From the IMG/VR virus record IMGVR_UViG_3300017992_000017, positions 1 to 33,417 of that record: DNA of 33,417 bases; one strand, given 5' to 3'. The stretch comes from a virus. Its lineage: Duplodnaviria; Heunggongvirae; Uroviricota; Caudoviricetes. Both the position numbers and the translations under genes were made by a program. Shown here one piece after another: positions 1 to 8,313 of the stretch (the first letter of the stretch is position 1; each line of letters begins with the position of its first letter). The notes beneath the pieces were generated by a model, which worked only from the letters and a program-made list of their open reading frames with translations, was not told the DNA's origin and ran no database searches.

Positions 1-4
1 GCAG

Positions 5-463
5 GTGCGTTTGGTTGCCGAGCAGAGGACCCGCGAAACCCTACGAGACCAGATGATCAAGGACGCACTCGTGAAGGCCGGTTGCAACGACATGACGATC
101 GGCTACCGGTGGGTGCTTCCGGACGTGAAGTACATGGAGGGTGAGGATCGACCCGAAGATCAGTGGGTGGTGGTGTTCAGGGACGACGACAACACGGAGA
201 TGGAGAGTCCGATCGAAGAATATATCGAACATCGACTCCCGGACAACCTGCGATCGCCAAAAATGCGGGGCGGCGGGTCAGGCAGTCAGACCGGAAGTCC
301 CAAGCGCCGGGCCGTGCAAGACGATGTGGAGCGGCTTGAGCAGGAGCATAAGACCGCGTACAAGACGGCCATGTCGACCCAGCGTGCGTCAGATCAGCTC
401 CGAGCCGAGCAACTCCGGGTTGCACTGGCGAAGAAGAAAGCCGAACTCAAGGCGATGTCGTAA
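5..463 (+). CDS. Capsid scaffolding protein, C-terminal part (5'-truncated by window)
   Basis: Frame is open to the window start; lies directly before the major capsid gene; charged helical protein with a GGGSGS-type linker near the C-terminus, typical of scaffolds. Confidence 0.6.
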   Translation: MRLVAEQRTRETLRDQMIKDALVKAGCNDMTIGYRWVLPDVKYMEGEDRPEDQWVVVFRDDDNTEMESPIEEYIEHRLPDNLRSPKMRGGGSGSQTGSPKRRAVQDDVERLEQEHKTAYKTAMSTQRASDQLRAEQLRVALAKKKAELKAMS

Positions 464-579
464 CGGTGTGAAGCCACCGGAGCGTAAGGTGACTACGACC
501 TCCAACTGTAGGTGACTGGGTACTGCCATCCATAAGGCAGGCAAACTACAGCCATTTACTTTTGTTGGAGGTGCAAATC

Positions 580-1701
580 ATGCCGTTTACCGGCAAGGCA
601 GTTTACGATACAGGCAATTGGAGCGAGATCAAAGAGGATGTGAGCCAGCTCATCTCCATGATCTCGCCCAAGGCCACTCCTCTCCTGGATGCTCTGAGTC
701 CTCCCGAGTACGAGGCTCAGAGTGTCCTTCACTCTTGGTTGGATGAGACGCTCAACCCGAATACGGTTGTGTCCTCGACCGATGCTAGCACATCGGGCAC
801 GGCGATCGGTGTTGTGGCTTCGGATGCTGGTCCTCTGACCTTCCTGACGGCGGGTACGATCCTGAAGAACCGCAGCACGGGCGAGTTCCTCCAGGTGAGC
901 GCGATCTCCGGGAGTACCATTACGGTATCCCGTCAGTTCGGTTCGACGTCGATGTCCACGGTTGCTGCCGGAGTCACGTTCGAGGTGATCTCGGATGCGG
1001 CACTCGAAGGCGCGGACGTCACCACGGACATCTCTCGTCCGCGAACCGCCGTGAGCAACTACTGTCAGTTGTTCAAGAAGGACGTCATCATCAGCGGTAC
1101 CGAGATGGCCGTTGCTCATCACGGGGTCGCCAACGAGTACGATCACCAGAAGCGCAACCGTATCGTCGAGTCGTTGCGTGACCTGGAGAAGGTCGTGATC
1201 CAGGGCAAGCTCTCTGGCAACACGATCGGGTCGAGCTCTGCGTGGCGAACGCTGAAGGGTCTCTGGGACTTCGTGCCTGCGACCAACGCCACCTCGACGG
1301 CCACCTTGACCCCCTCCATCCTCGACAGCGTCATCAAGCTGGCGTGGGACGAGGGGGCCGAGGACCTCGACTTGATCGTCTGCGATGCGAACTGGAAGGG
1401 GTACATCGACGCCTTCAACAACAGTCGCACCCAGGTCGAGAACCGTGACGAGCTGTTCAAGCAGCGTGTGACCTACTACGCGGGTTCGTACGACGAGATG
1501 CGTGTCGTGCGGAGCCGGTGGATGCCGCAGAACAGCTTGATGGTCCTGTCAAGCGAGCGGTGCCACGTGGTCCCGATGCGTGGTCGGTCGTTCCACCACG
1601 AGTCGGTGTCCAAGACGGGCGACTCGGTCAAGGGCATGATCCTCGGCGAGTACACCGTCGAGGTCCGGAACGCTGCGGGTATGGCCAAGGCATACGGCTA
1701 G
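580..1701 (+). CDS. Major capsid protein (HK97 fold, SU10_MCP/DUF5309-like) with an inserted beta domain
   Basis: GGAGG at 567-571 before ATG 580; motifs LISMISPKATPLL, HSWLDETL, ALEGAD, NYCQLFKKDVIISGT, RDLEKVVIQG and GMILGEYTVEVRN match DUF5309-type capsids; followed by a strong terminator. Confidence 0.88.
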   Translation: MPFTGKAVYDTGNWSEIKEDVSQLISMISPKATPLLDALSPPEYEAQSVLHSWLDETLNPNTVVSSTDASTSGTAIGVVASDAGPLTFLTAGTILKNRSTGEFLQVSAISGSTITVSRQFGSTSMSTVAAGVTFEVISDAALEGADVTTDISRPRTAVSNYCQLFKKDVIISGTEMAVAHHGVANEYDHQKRNRIVESLRDLEKVVIQGKLSGNTIGSSSAWRTLKGLWDFVPATNATSTATLTPSILDSVIKLAWDEGAEDLDLIVCDANWKGYIDAFNNSRTQVENRDELFKQRVTYYAGSYDEMRVVRSRWMPQNSLMVLSSERCHVVPMRGRSFHHESVSKTGDSVKGMILGEYTVEVRNAAGMAKAYG

Positions 1702-1709
1702 TCCTCACT

Positions 1710-1760
1710 CAGACAGGGGATGCGCGTCTTAATGACGCGCGTCCTCTGTCTGTTCTTTTA
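1710..1760 (+). terminator. Rho-independent terminator after the capsid gene
   Basis: cagacaggggatgcgcgtc (1710-1728) pairs with gacgcgcgtcctctgtctg (1734-1752), including G-U pairs, loop ttaat, followed by ttctttt. Confidence 0.85.
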
Positions 1761-1776
1761 ACTCGAGGACCAGCCT

Positions 1777-2169
1777 ATGACCAGTCCAAAAGACGACAAG
1801 GTTCACGGTGATCTCTCTTGCCGGTTGGATGCGCATTCTCATCGGTTGGAGGAGTGGGGCAAACTGCAAAGTGAGATCTTGCAGGTGGTGACACGGATTG
1901 ACACACGCTGCGAAACGTGCCAGCAGTCACTCCACGAGCACGAACAGGCGATCAACGGACTACCCGGGAACGGAGCCAACCCAGGACTCAAGACCCGAAT
2001 TGCCACGTCGGAGGAGCGTATCGAGACCGTTCGTAGTGACATGGACAAGATCGAAAGAAAGTATACGTGGGTCATCCGGAGTTTGATCGGTGTTGCGATT
2101 ACGTTCGTGAGTGGTCTTCTTTTGTGGGGCATACAAATACTGGTTGTCGCTCCGGATTCCGTCAAGTGA
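1777..2169 (+). CDS. Holin-like membrane protein (coiled coil plus one C-terminal TM helix)
   Basis: Heptad-rich N-terminal region then hydrophobic WVIRSLIGVAITFVSGLLLWGIQILVV; XhlA/holin-like architecture. Confidence 0.5.
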   Translation: MTSPKDDKVHGDLSCRLDAHSHRLEEWGKLQSEILQVVTRIDTRCETCQQSLHEHEQAINGLPGNGANPGLKTRIATSEERIETVRSDMDKIERKYTWVIRSLIGVAITFVSGLLLWGIQILVVAPDSVK

Positions 2170-2202
2170 AGTTGTTTTGTTCACGGGAGAGAGGTGTAGT
2201 CC

Positions 2203-2739
2203 ATGGCAGACACAATTAGAAATAAACAGGATCTCAATGTTCTTCTACGGGACAACGGAAACAACGAACTTTCTGCGCAGGACATTCGAGACATCCTCGT
2301 GTCAATGAACGTCCATGGGCAGATCGGTAGCGTTGGGGCAGATTCGATCACCTTGGATACGGGCTGGAATACGGTTGTCTTCGACGCAGCCAACAGCCTC
2401 AAGCGGGGTGTGACGCTCAACACAACGGACTACCGGATTGAGGACGTGCCGGTAGACATGGGGGTAGACTTGTTCTACAGCGTCGATTTTAAGGGAGCCG
2501 TAGATACGGATTATGAGTTTGTGATATACAAGAACGGGGCCACATCGCCTGCTCGGGTCCCCGGTACGTCTCGCACGAAGCGGGTAGTCGATGCTGATGA
2601 GATCGTGACCGTCTCTTGCGGCCCGATTGCGGTGAACCTCGACCAGGACGACACAATTGAGCTTGCAGTCAACGCGGGGGCTGTGTCGTTTGAGGTTCTC
2701 AGTGGTCTCCTGAAACTCAAGCGACTGGGGGTGGAGTAA
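2203..2739 (+). CDS. Putative virion decoration protein (short N-terminal anchor plus beta-sandwich, C1q/TNF-like)
   Basis: RBS GAGAGG; N-terminal LLRDNGNNELSAQDIRD segment followed by alternating beta-strand pattern; lies in structural block. Confidence 0.45.
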   Translation: MADTIRNKQDLNVLLRDNGNNELSAQDIRDILVSMNVHGQIGSVGADSITLDTGWNTVVFDAANSLKRGVTLNTTDYRIEDVPVDMGVDLFYSVDFKGAVDTDYEFVIYKNGATSPARVPGTSRTKRVVDADEIVTVSCGPIAVNLDQDDTIELAVNAGAVSFEVLSGLLKLKRLGVE

Positions 2740-3293
2740 TGCCCGAGCAGACCGACTATAGCTCGGTGGTCAAACAGATTACTGAAGAGATTGAACTGGA
2801 AATGGCAGACGGCGTGTTGGACGACCCACAGGAGTTTGTGCGGGACAAGCTAGTGCCGTTGTTCAATCGGCTATTCGCCAACTGTCCGACGCTCAGGCAG
2901 GACGAAATCGACCAAGCCCAAAAGATCGCCAATCTCGGGAAGCAACTCAAGGTGACTGCCGAGGCCCGCGATGAGTGGCGACGGAAGTTTCAAGAGCAGG
3001 TCGGACTCGATGATGAGCGGGTTGCTGAGTTCGCGGCGGCAGGGCAAACGCCAAACGAGGAACTACAAGCTCTGGTTGATTCCCTTCGGTCGCGGCTAAA
3101 GGACGTCAACAGTCGAGCCGCCAAGCTGAAGATGCGAAACAAGGAGCTTGGGGCCACGATTCAAGAGCTACGCGAACGCATTCCGGATGGCGTAGCCGAT
3201 CAAGTCCTACGTGACATCAAGAGCGGCAAGCTGGCCGAGGACAAGCGGGTTGCCGAACTACGAGCCAGGAGGAAGAAAGATGCCTCTGGTTAG
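2739..3293 (+). CDS. Hypothetical coiled-coil protein
   Basis: TAATG overlap with the upstream gene; 184 aa, strongly E/K/R/L helical. Confidence 0.6.
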   Translation: MPEQTDYSSVVKQITEEIELEMADGVLDDPQEFVRDKLVPLFNRLFANCPTLRQDEIDQAQKIANLGKQLKVTAEARDEWRRKFQEQVGLDDERVAEFAAAGQTPNEELQALVDSLRSRLKDVNSRAAKLKMRNKELGATIQELRERIPDGVADQVLRDIKSGKLAEDKRVAELRARRKKDASG

Positions 3294-4101
3294 TGACTTC
3301 AACTCGGACTTCAACTCGGACTTTGGCACGCGAAAGCACGCCCAAGCCCTGATTGTCCCGAACGACAAGGGACCAGATCCGCAATACCAATCTGGCGACC
3401 CGTTGGTCGTCTGGAACAATCGCCGTATTCGGCAAGTCCACGCGGAGCACATCTGCCACCCCAGGGTGGACGGGTTGAAGGTCAAGGGGCTCGCGTGCAA
3501 CGGCTACCCGATGTTGCGAAAGATGCTGGAGCTCACTAAGCAATACCAGTACGAGCGGCAATCAACCAACGAGGTGCTGCGGACCAATCTACGCACGTCG
3601 GAAGAGGATACGATGTCGCCTACGGCCACCGATCCGAAGCTGCGGATGCAGGTTGCTCAGACTTGCGAAGCGGCGGTAGCTGCTGGCTCGAAGAGGGTGT
3701 GCTTCGGCACCCTGGAGAATCTCGTATGGTTCGGTGGACGTACTTACGTTGCCGATAGCGACCTGGAAGCAGTGTGGACGCAGATTGAAACGCTGTCGGC
3801 CCACCGCGAAAGGGATTTCATTTCGATTCCATGGGGCCGCGCTGACGGATTTGCCTTTCTGGCGATTACGCTGACGAACATGAGCGACGAGCGGGCCAAC
3901 GAGTTGGTGATGCCCGATATTGACGACACAGACCCCGAGAACCCGATTACGATTCGTAGGCGACGGTTCAAAATCCCCTGGGAAGACCTGGCTGAGATGA
4001 AAGGCCATGTGGACGACGTGAAGAATGCGGAGAAGTTCACGGACCTGAGAAACCTGAGAGAGTACGTCGAGGTCAACGAAGTCGTGGACAAACTGGCGTA
4101 A
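3280..4101 (+). CDS. Hypothetical protein with N-terminal DFNSDFNSDF motif
   Basis: AGGAGG at 3267-3272 before ATG 3280 (preferred over the track start at 3211); protein-like composition. Confidence 0.65.
   Translation: MPLVSDFNSDFNSDFGTRKHAQALIVPNDKGPDPQYQSGDPLVVWNNRRIRQVHAEHICHPRVDGLKVKGLACNGYPMLRKMLELTKQYQYERQSTNEVLRTNLRTSEEDTMSPTATDPKLRMQVAQTCEAAVAAGSKRVCFGTLENLVWFGGRTYVADSDLEAVWTQIETLSAHRERDFISIPWGRADGFAFLAITLTNMSDERANELVMPDIDDTDPENPITIRRRRFKIPWEDLAEMKGHVDDVKNAEKFTDLRNLREYVEVNEVVDKLA
3295..3324 (+). repeat. 12-bp tandem repeat (gacttcaactcg) x2.5 encoding DFNS-DFNS-DF
   Basis: gacttcaactcg gacttcaactcg gacttt read directly. Confidence 0.9.
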
Positions 4102-4104
4102 GCA

Positions 4105-6384
4105 ATGGCAACAGTCACCACTAATGTTGGCACGCGGTCTGCGGAAAACGTAGACATCAGTAGCGTTGCAGGGGCGGGGAGCCCTTGGACAGTAACGCTG
4201 AGTGGCGCCCCGTCCAATACGGCTATCGGAGACACGTTGACTGACGAAGCCGGTACGCCTGATTCCTTTCTTATTACCGGGATCAGCGGCAGCGACTTGA
4301 CGGTGGTGGATGCTTACGGAGTAGGCTCAGCCCCCGATGATTCCGCTACGTCGCAGGCTACAACCGTTCGCACTTTTGCCACGCCCACCGCCTTTGAAGC
4401 AGAACTAGACAACACCGATTTCTTCCCCGCGTCTTCAGATGCCGTTGCCGATATGTACGACGATTCGGCATTTTCAGATTCCCAGGTGCTTATTGACAGT
4501 GGCACAGGCTTGACGAGTGTTACGCTCAAAGCAGCAAGCGGAGAGGAACATGGGGGTGTTCCCGGTGCTGGAGTGCGGTTTACTTCGACGGCCAACGACG
4601 AGCGAATATATCGTACAGCCGCCGTAACCGTAAACATCCTGGACATCGAAGTGGATGTTAGCGGCGGGGACCAGAATAACCAGAAAGGGGTTATTGCGTC
4701 CAACAAGGCGGCCACTAATCTGATTATGAAAGTGGCCCGTTGCATTGTTCATGACATAGCAGGCGGCGGTAATGTGAAAGGCATTGGCCAGTATAGGGGG
4801 GCGATGACAATAGAAAACTGCCTCGTGTTCGACATCATATCCGACGAAACTTCAACAGCGTGGGGCATTTCAGCGGATGATCAATACCGAAACGCTGTCA
4901 TCAATAACAACACTGTTTACAACATCGGGTGCGACAACGAGGGCGCATCGGCAGATCCATACGGGATCATTTTTGAAGATGATCCTCAGCATACGGTGCA
5001 AAACAACTTAGTTGGCGGGGTATTCACGGATGGATCAGGAGACGCCTACGATTACAGCCATACGTCCCCAAGCAACGCCACGGTAAACACCAACGCCAGC
5101 GAAGACGCGACCGCCCCCGACCCGATCACCGGCAACCCGATAGTTCCCGCCGATGAGTTCAACAGTATTGGCGGGGAAGAGTTCTGGCTGAAAGACACCG
5201 ACGCAGAAAGTTACGGTGCAGGTACAGACCTCGGAGCGGACTATGGCGAAGACCTGAGCGGGTTCAATCGCCACACGGACGACACTTACGACCCGTGGGA
5301 TGTTGGGTGCTTTGAGCTGCAGGAGTTAGCGACCGGGACGACCTACGACGAGTCCCTCACGCTCGCTACCCAGGCGACGGCAACATGGTCGGAGACGCTC
5401 ATCCTTCCTGCCGGGTTGACTCTTGCTGCTTCGGCCGGTGTGACTGAGCTGGCCAATCTCGTTATGGGAACCTCGTTGTCTCTGGCTACCTCGGCGGGTG
5501 TCTCGGAAGGACAAAATCTGACAATTCCCGAAACATTGAGTGCAAGCATACTGTCCGGCCTTACGCTAGCCGGTATTCGTGTTGTGTCGGATAGTGTCAC
5601 GCTTGCCGTCCAGTCGGGGATGTCGTTGACGGATGCGTTGGTTGCTGCGGCGGCGTTGAGTGCGGCCGTCGAGGCGGGTCTGGCTCAAGATGCGTCCCTG
5701 GTCCTCCCCGACGCGTTGTCCTTGGCCGTGACTGCCGGGTTGAGCGAGACCCTTGGTACTTTCTACGAACAGGCGTTATCGGCCGGGGTGACTGCCGGGT
5801 TGACGTTGGACAATGAGGCCATCCTCCAAGCTCTCCTGACAGCAGCTGCTCAGGTGGGGACCACGCTCGACACGACGGCGATTCTGGGCACGGCCATGAC
5901 GCTGGCTGCTCAGGTGGCCGCGTCCTTGGCTGGCTCGGCGCAGAAGGATGTGTCCCTGACCTTGGCGGCGTCTCAGGGACTGACACAGACTTCGGAGAGG
6001 ATCGTCGACGACGCGCTGGCCCTGGCGGTGACCGGGGACTACGCATTGGACACACAGGCTGACTTGGCCGCGTCGATTACGTTCGCGGTTCAGCAGAGCA
6101 TGGACCAGGCGACCGGTTCCATCCAGTCGGTCTTGCTGTCGCTTGGCGTGGCGCAAGAGATCGCGTGCAGTCTTGGTGGCACGTATGAGGAGGCTCTATC
6201 GCTTTCGGTACAGCTCTCTTTGCTCCGTGCGATGGCGTCTGCTACCGGTCCTCCGACGTTGATCCGTGCCGTGCTTGAGGGACTCACGTTACCGGGTGCG
6301 TCGGGTGAGACACTGACAAAGAGTGACCTGTCCTCAGAGTCGTTGGCGAATAGCGACTTGGATGACGAGACACTGACGAACTAG
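4105..6384 (+). CDS. Fibre/spike-like virion protein: right-handed beta-helix (pectin-lyase-like) region plus 20-aa repeat shaft
   Basis: Beta-helix-type segments (CIVHDI, IENCLVFDI, INNNTVYNI, VQNNLV) and a WDVGCFE terminus, then 15 x 20-aa repeats. Confidence 0.65.
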   Translation: MATVTTNVGTRSAENVDISSVAGAGSPWTVTLSGAPSNTAIGDTLTDEAGTPDSFLITGISGSDLTVVDAYGVGSAPDDSATSQATTVRTFATPTAFEAELDNTDFFPASSDAVADMYDDSAFSDSQVLIDSGTGLTSVTLKAASGEEHGGVPGAGVRFTSTANDERIYRTAAVTVNILDIEVDVSGGDQNNQKGVIASNKAATNLIMKVARCIVHDIAGGGNVKGIGQYRGAMTIENCLVFDIISDETSTAWGISADDQYRNAVINNNTVYNIGCDNEGASADPYGIIFEDDPQHTVQNNLVGGVFTDGSGDAYDYSHTSPSNATVNTNASEDATAPDPITGNPIVPADEFNSIGGEEFWLKDTDAESYGAGTDLGADYGEDLSGFNRHTDDTYDPWDVGCFELQELATGTTYDESLTLATQATATWSETLILPAGLTLAASAGVTELANLVMGTSLSLATSAGVSEGQNLTIPETLSASILSGLTLAGIRVVSDSVTLAVQSGMSLTDALVAAAALSAAVEAGLAQDASLVLPDALSLAVTAGLSETLGTFYEQALSAGVTAGLTLDNEAILQALLTAAAQVGTTLDTTAILGTAMTLAAQVAASLAGSAQKDVSLTLAASQGLTQTSERIVDDALALAVTGDYALDTQADLAASITFAVQQSMDQATGSIQSVLLSLGVAQEIACSLGGTYEEALSLSVQLSLLRAMASATGPPTLIRAVLEGLTLPGASGETLTKSDLSSESLANSDLDDETLTN
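5350..6249 (+). repeat. 15 tandem degenerate 20-aa repeats (protein level)
   Basis: ESLTLATQATATWSETLILP / AGLTLAASAGVTELANLVMG / TSLSLATSAGVSEGQNLTIP ... EALSLSVQLSLLRAMASATG; register kept without gaps over 900 nt. Confidence 0.85.
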
Positions 6385-6392
6385 CTTGCGTG

Positions 6393-6444
6393 GGTGACTG
6401 CTCTCCTGAAGCAGGTGTGCGGTGACTGCTCTCCTGAAGCAGGT
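6393..6444 (+). repeat. Perfect 24-bp direct repeat x2 (ggtgactgctctcctgaagcaggt), 4-bp spacer
   Basis: Copies at 6393-6416 and 6421-6444 in the intergenic gap; each holds a CTGCT/AGCAG hairpin. Confidence 0.95.
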
Positions 6445-6481
6445 ACGTACAACCAAACACTGTATTTGGGAGAGGGTCCTC

Positions 6482-7021
6482 ATGAATGACGCGATACAAA
6501 AACTCAAGATGAAAACCGTCTACCGGTTTGAGTGCTTTGACAAGGACGGGAATCTCAAGTGGGTCGAGGAGCTCAAGAACCTGGTTACCAACGAGGGACT
6601 GGACGACCTTCTGGACAAGTACCTGAAAGGCTCCGGCTACACGGCTGCCTGGTACGCCGGGTTGATCGACAATGATGGATTCACGGCCATTGCTGCGGGT
6701 GATACGGCAGCCAAGATCAACACGACGGCCAATCCCCCGACCACGAACGGGTGGCAGGAGCTGGATGACTACGACGAGGCTACGCGTGAGACGATTACGC
6801 TCGGGTCCGTGAGTGGTCAGAGCGTGGATAACTCAGCCAGCAAGGCCGAGTTCACGATCAATGCCACCAAGACCGTCAAGGGTGCGTTCGTGATTTCCAA
6901 CAGCACGATCGGTGGAACCTCTGGTGTCCTCTACGGTGCGGGTGCTTTTGGTTCGACCCGGTCCGTGGTTGACGACGACGTGGTTCGGCTGACCGTGACT
7001 TGTACTGCCGCCAGCGCATAA
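6482..7021 (+). CDS. Virion structural protein (fibre-associated, mycobacteriophage Gp80-like family)
   Basis: GGGAGAGG RBS before ATG 6482; motifs ECFDKDGNLKW, NLVTNEGLDDLL, WYAGL, AEFTI, GAF, GVLYGAGAF and DVVRLTVT are typical of this widespread phage family. Confidence 0.65.
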   Translation: MNDAIQKLKMKTVYRFECFDKDGNLKWVEELKNLVTNEGLDDLLDKYLKGSGYTAAWYAGLIDNDGFTAIAAGDTAAKINTTANPPTTNGWQELDDYDEATRETITLGSVSGQSVDNSASKAEFTINATKTVKGAFVISNSTIGGTSGVLYGAGAFGSTRSVVDDDVVRLTVTCTAASA

Positions 7022-7030
7022 GCGAGGTGG

Positions 7031-7969
7031 ATGATGGCGTTATCTGAAGCAGCGGCGACTCTTCTTGAGGCGACGACCGGGTTGTACTCGGCCACCTTGA
7101 AGGACGAGAACGATACGGTCATCAGTTACGCCGATCTCGATACGCTCACCGTGACGTACTACAACAAGGCGGATGGGTCGATTATCAACAGTCGAACCCA
7201 GCAAGACGTCTTGAACAAAAACAACGTCACGGTGAGCGAGGCGGGGGTTCTCGAGTGGGAGATCCAACCGGCTGACACGGTCATTGTCGACACCACGTTG
7301 ACGCCGGGACAGAAGGAAACCCACGTTGCGTTGTTCGAGTGGACGTACGACTCGGGGACGAACTCGGGACGGCACGAGCTCACACTCTACGTCAAGCAGC
7401 TCAACGAGGTGACGCTTTCGGCTGGAGCGACGTTGGTCTCCTCGTACGGGGGTGCGGCGGCCAACACCTACTGCTCGCTGACGGAGGCCAATAGCTTCAT
7501 CACGACGGCGATCTTGGACAACTCGGCGTGGAACAGTGCCAAGGTTGCTGAGAAGGCTGCGGCGCTTCTGCAGGCGACCCGGGAGATCGACTCGAGGAAC
7601 TACATCTACGGCCGGTACTATACGGATCAGAGCCTGTCCTTTCCCCGTGCACAGACAACGGGATCAAACATCACGTTGACGACTTCCACGCTTCATACCG
7701 TGGCGTATACGCAGCAGAGAGAGGCCGTTCGTCAGGCGTGTTGTCACCAGGCTGTTTGGCTGCTGAGGAATTCCGGCCGTAACGACATGCTGGAGACGAT
7801 CCTCCAGGGAGTGACCCGGTTCTCCAAGCGTGTCGGTCCGATCTCCGAGTCGTATCAGTTTGGAGCGTCTGGTGGAGGTGCCGGTGCTGGGGGTGGGAAT
7901 CCTCTCTGTCCGGATGCGAGACGGCTGTTGGCAACCTGGTACTGCGGTCCTCGAGTTGTGAGAGCGTGA
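7031..7969 (+). CDS. Head-tail adaptor (DnaT_2-like) fused to an N-terminal Ig/BppU-like beta domain
   Basis: C-half has ANTYCSLTEANSF, ALLQATREID, YYTDQSLSFPR and VRQACCHQA, typical of phage DnaT-like connectors; N-half is beta-rich (GVLEWEIQPADT). Confidence 0.7.
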   Translation: MMALSEAAATLLEATTGLYSATLKDENDTVISYADLDTLTVTYYNKADGSIINSRTQQDVLNKNNVTVSEAGVLEWEIQPADTVIVDTTLTPGQKETHVALFEWTYDSGTNSGRHELTLYVKQLNEVTLSAGATLVSSYGGAAANTYCSLTEANSFITTAILDNSAWNSAKVAEKAAALLQATREIDSRNYIYGRYYTDQSLSFPRAQTTGSNITLTTSTLHTVAYTQQREAVRQACCHQAVWLLRNSGRNDMLETILQGVTRFSKRVGPISESYQFGASGGGAGAGGGNPLCPDARRLLATWYCGPRVVRA

Positions 7970-8313
7970 TGTTTCTCGACGTAACCAAGTACCTGAACCA
8001 TACCGTCCAGTACTGGCGGGTAACGAAGACAAGGCACGGGGTGACCTCAGCGTCCTCCGTGACCACCTTGTCTTGTTTTGCGTACTTCGGGGAGCGGGAG
8101 CTGACCAAGGAATCTCCCCGAAGAACCAGCACGCAAGGGTGGAACATTGTGTTTGGGACCGACGCAAGGACGTTGCTGACCAAGGGGGATCATATTCGGA
8201 ACCTGGTGGATCAGGACGGGGTTACGGTGATCACCTCGGCAACGGTGGTCTCGGTGGCTCCTTACCGTCATTGGGGTGAAGGACACACGGCAACGGTAAT
8301 CGAGGTGGAGTAG
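7966..8313 (+). CDS. Head closure/stopper protein
   Basis: 115-aa beta-rich protein immediately after the adaptor (GTGA overlap); positional and size match. Confidence 0.55.
   Translation: MMFLDVTKYLNHTVQYWRVTKTRHGVTSASSVTTLSCFAYFGERELTKESPRRTSTQGWNIVFGTDARTLLTKGDHIRNLVDQDGVTVITSATVVSVAPYRHWGEGHTATVIEVE

Noticed and set aside
506-551. Capsid leader as a c-di-GMP-I riboswitch (GGCAAA)
   Set aside because: Lacks the GNRA tetraloop/receptor and second stem architecture of that family.
6393-6444. Direct repeats as a mini CRISPR array
   Set aside because: Only two copies with a 4-bp spacer; no cas genes or leader.
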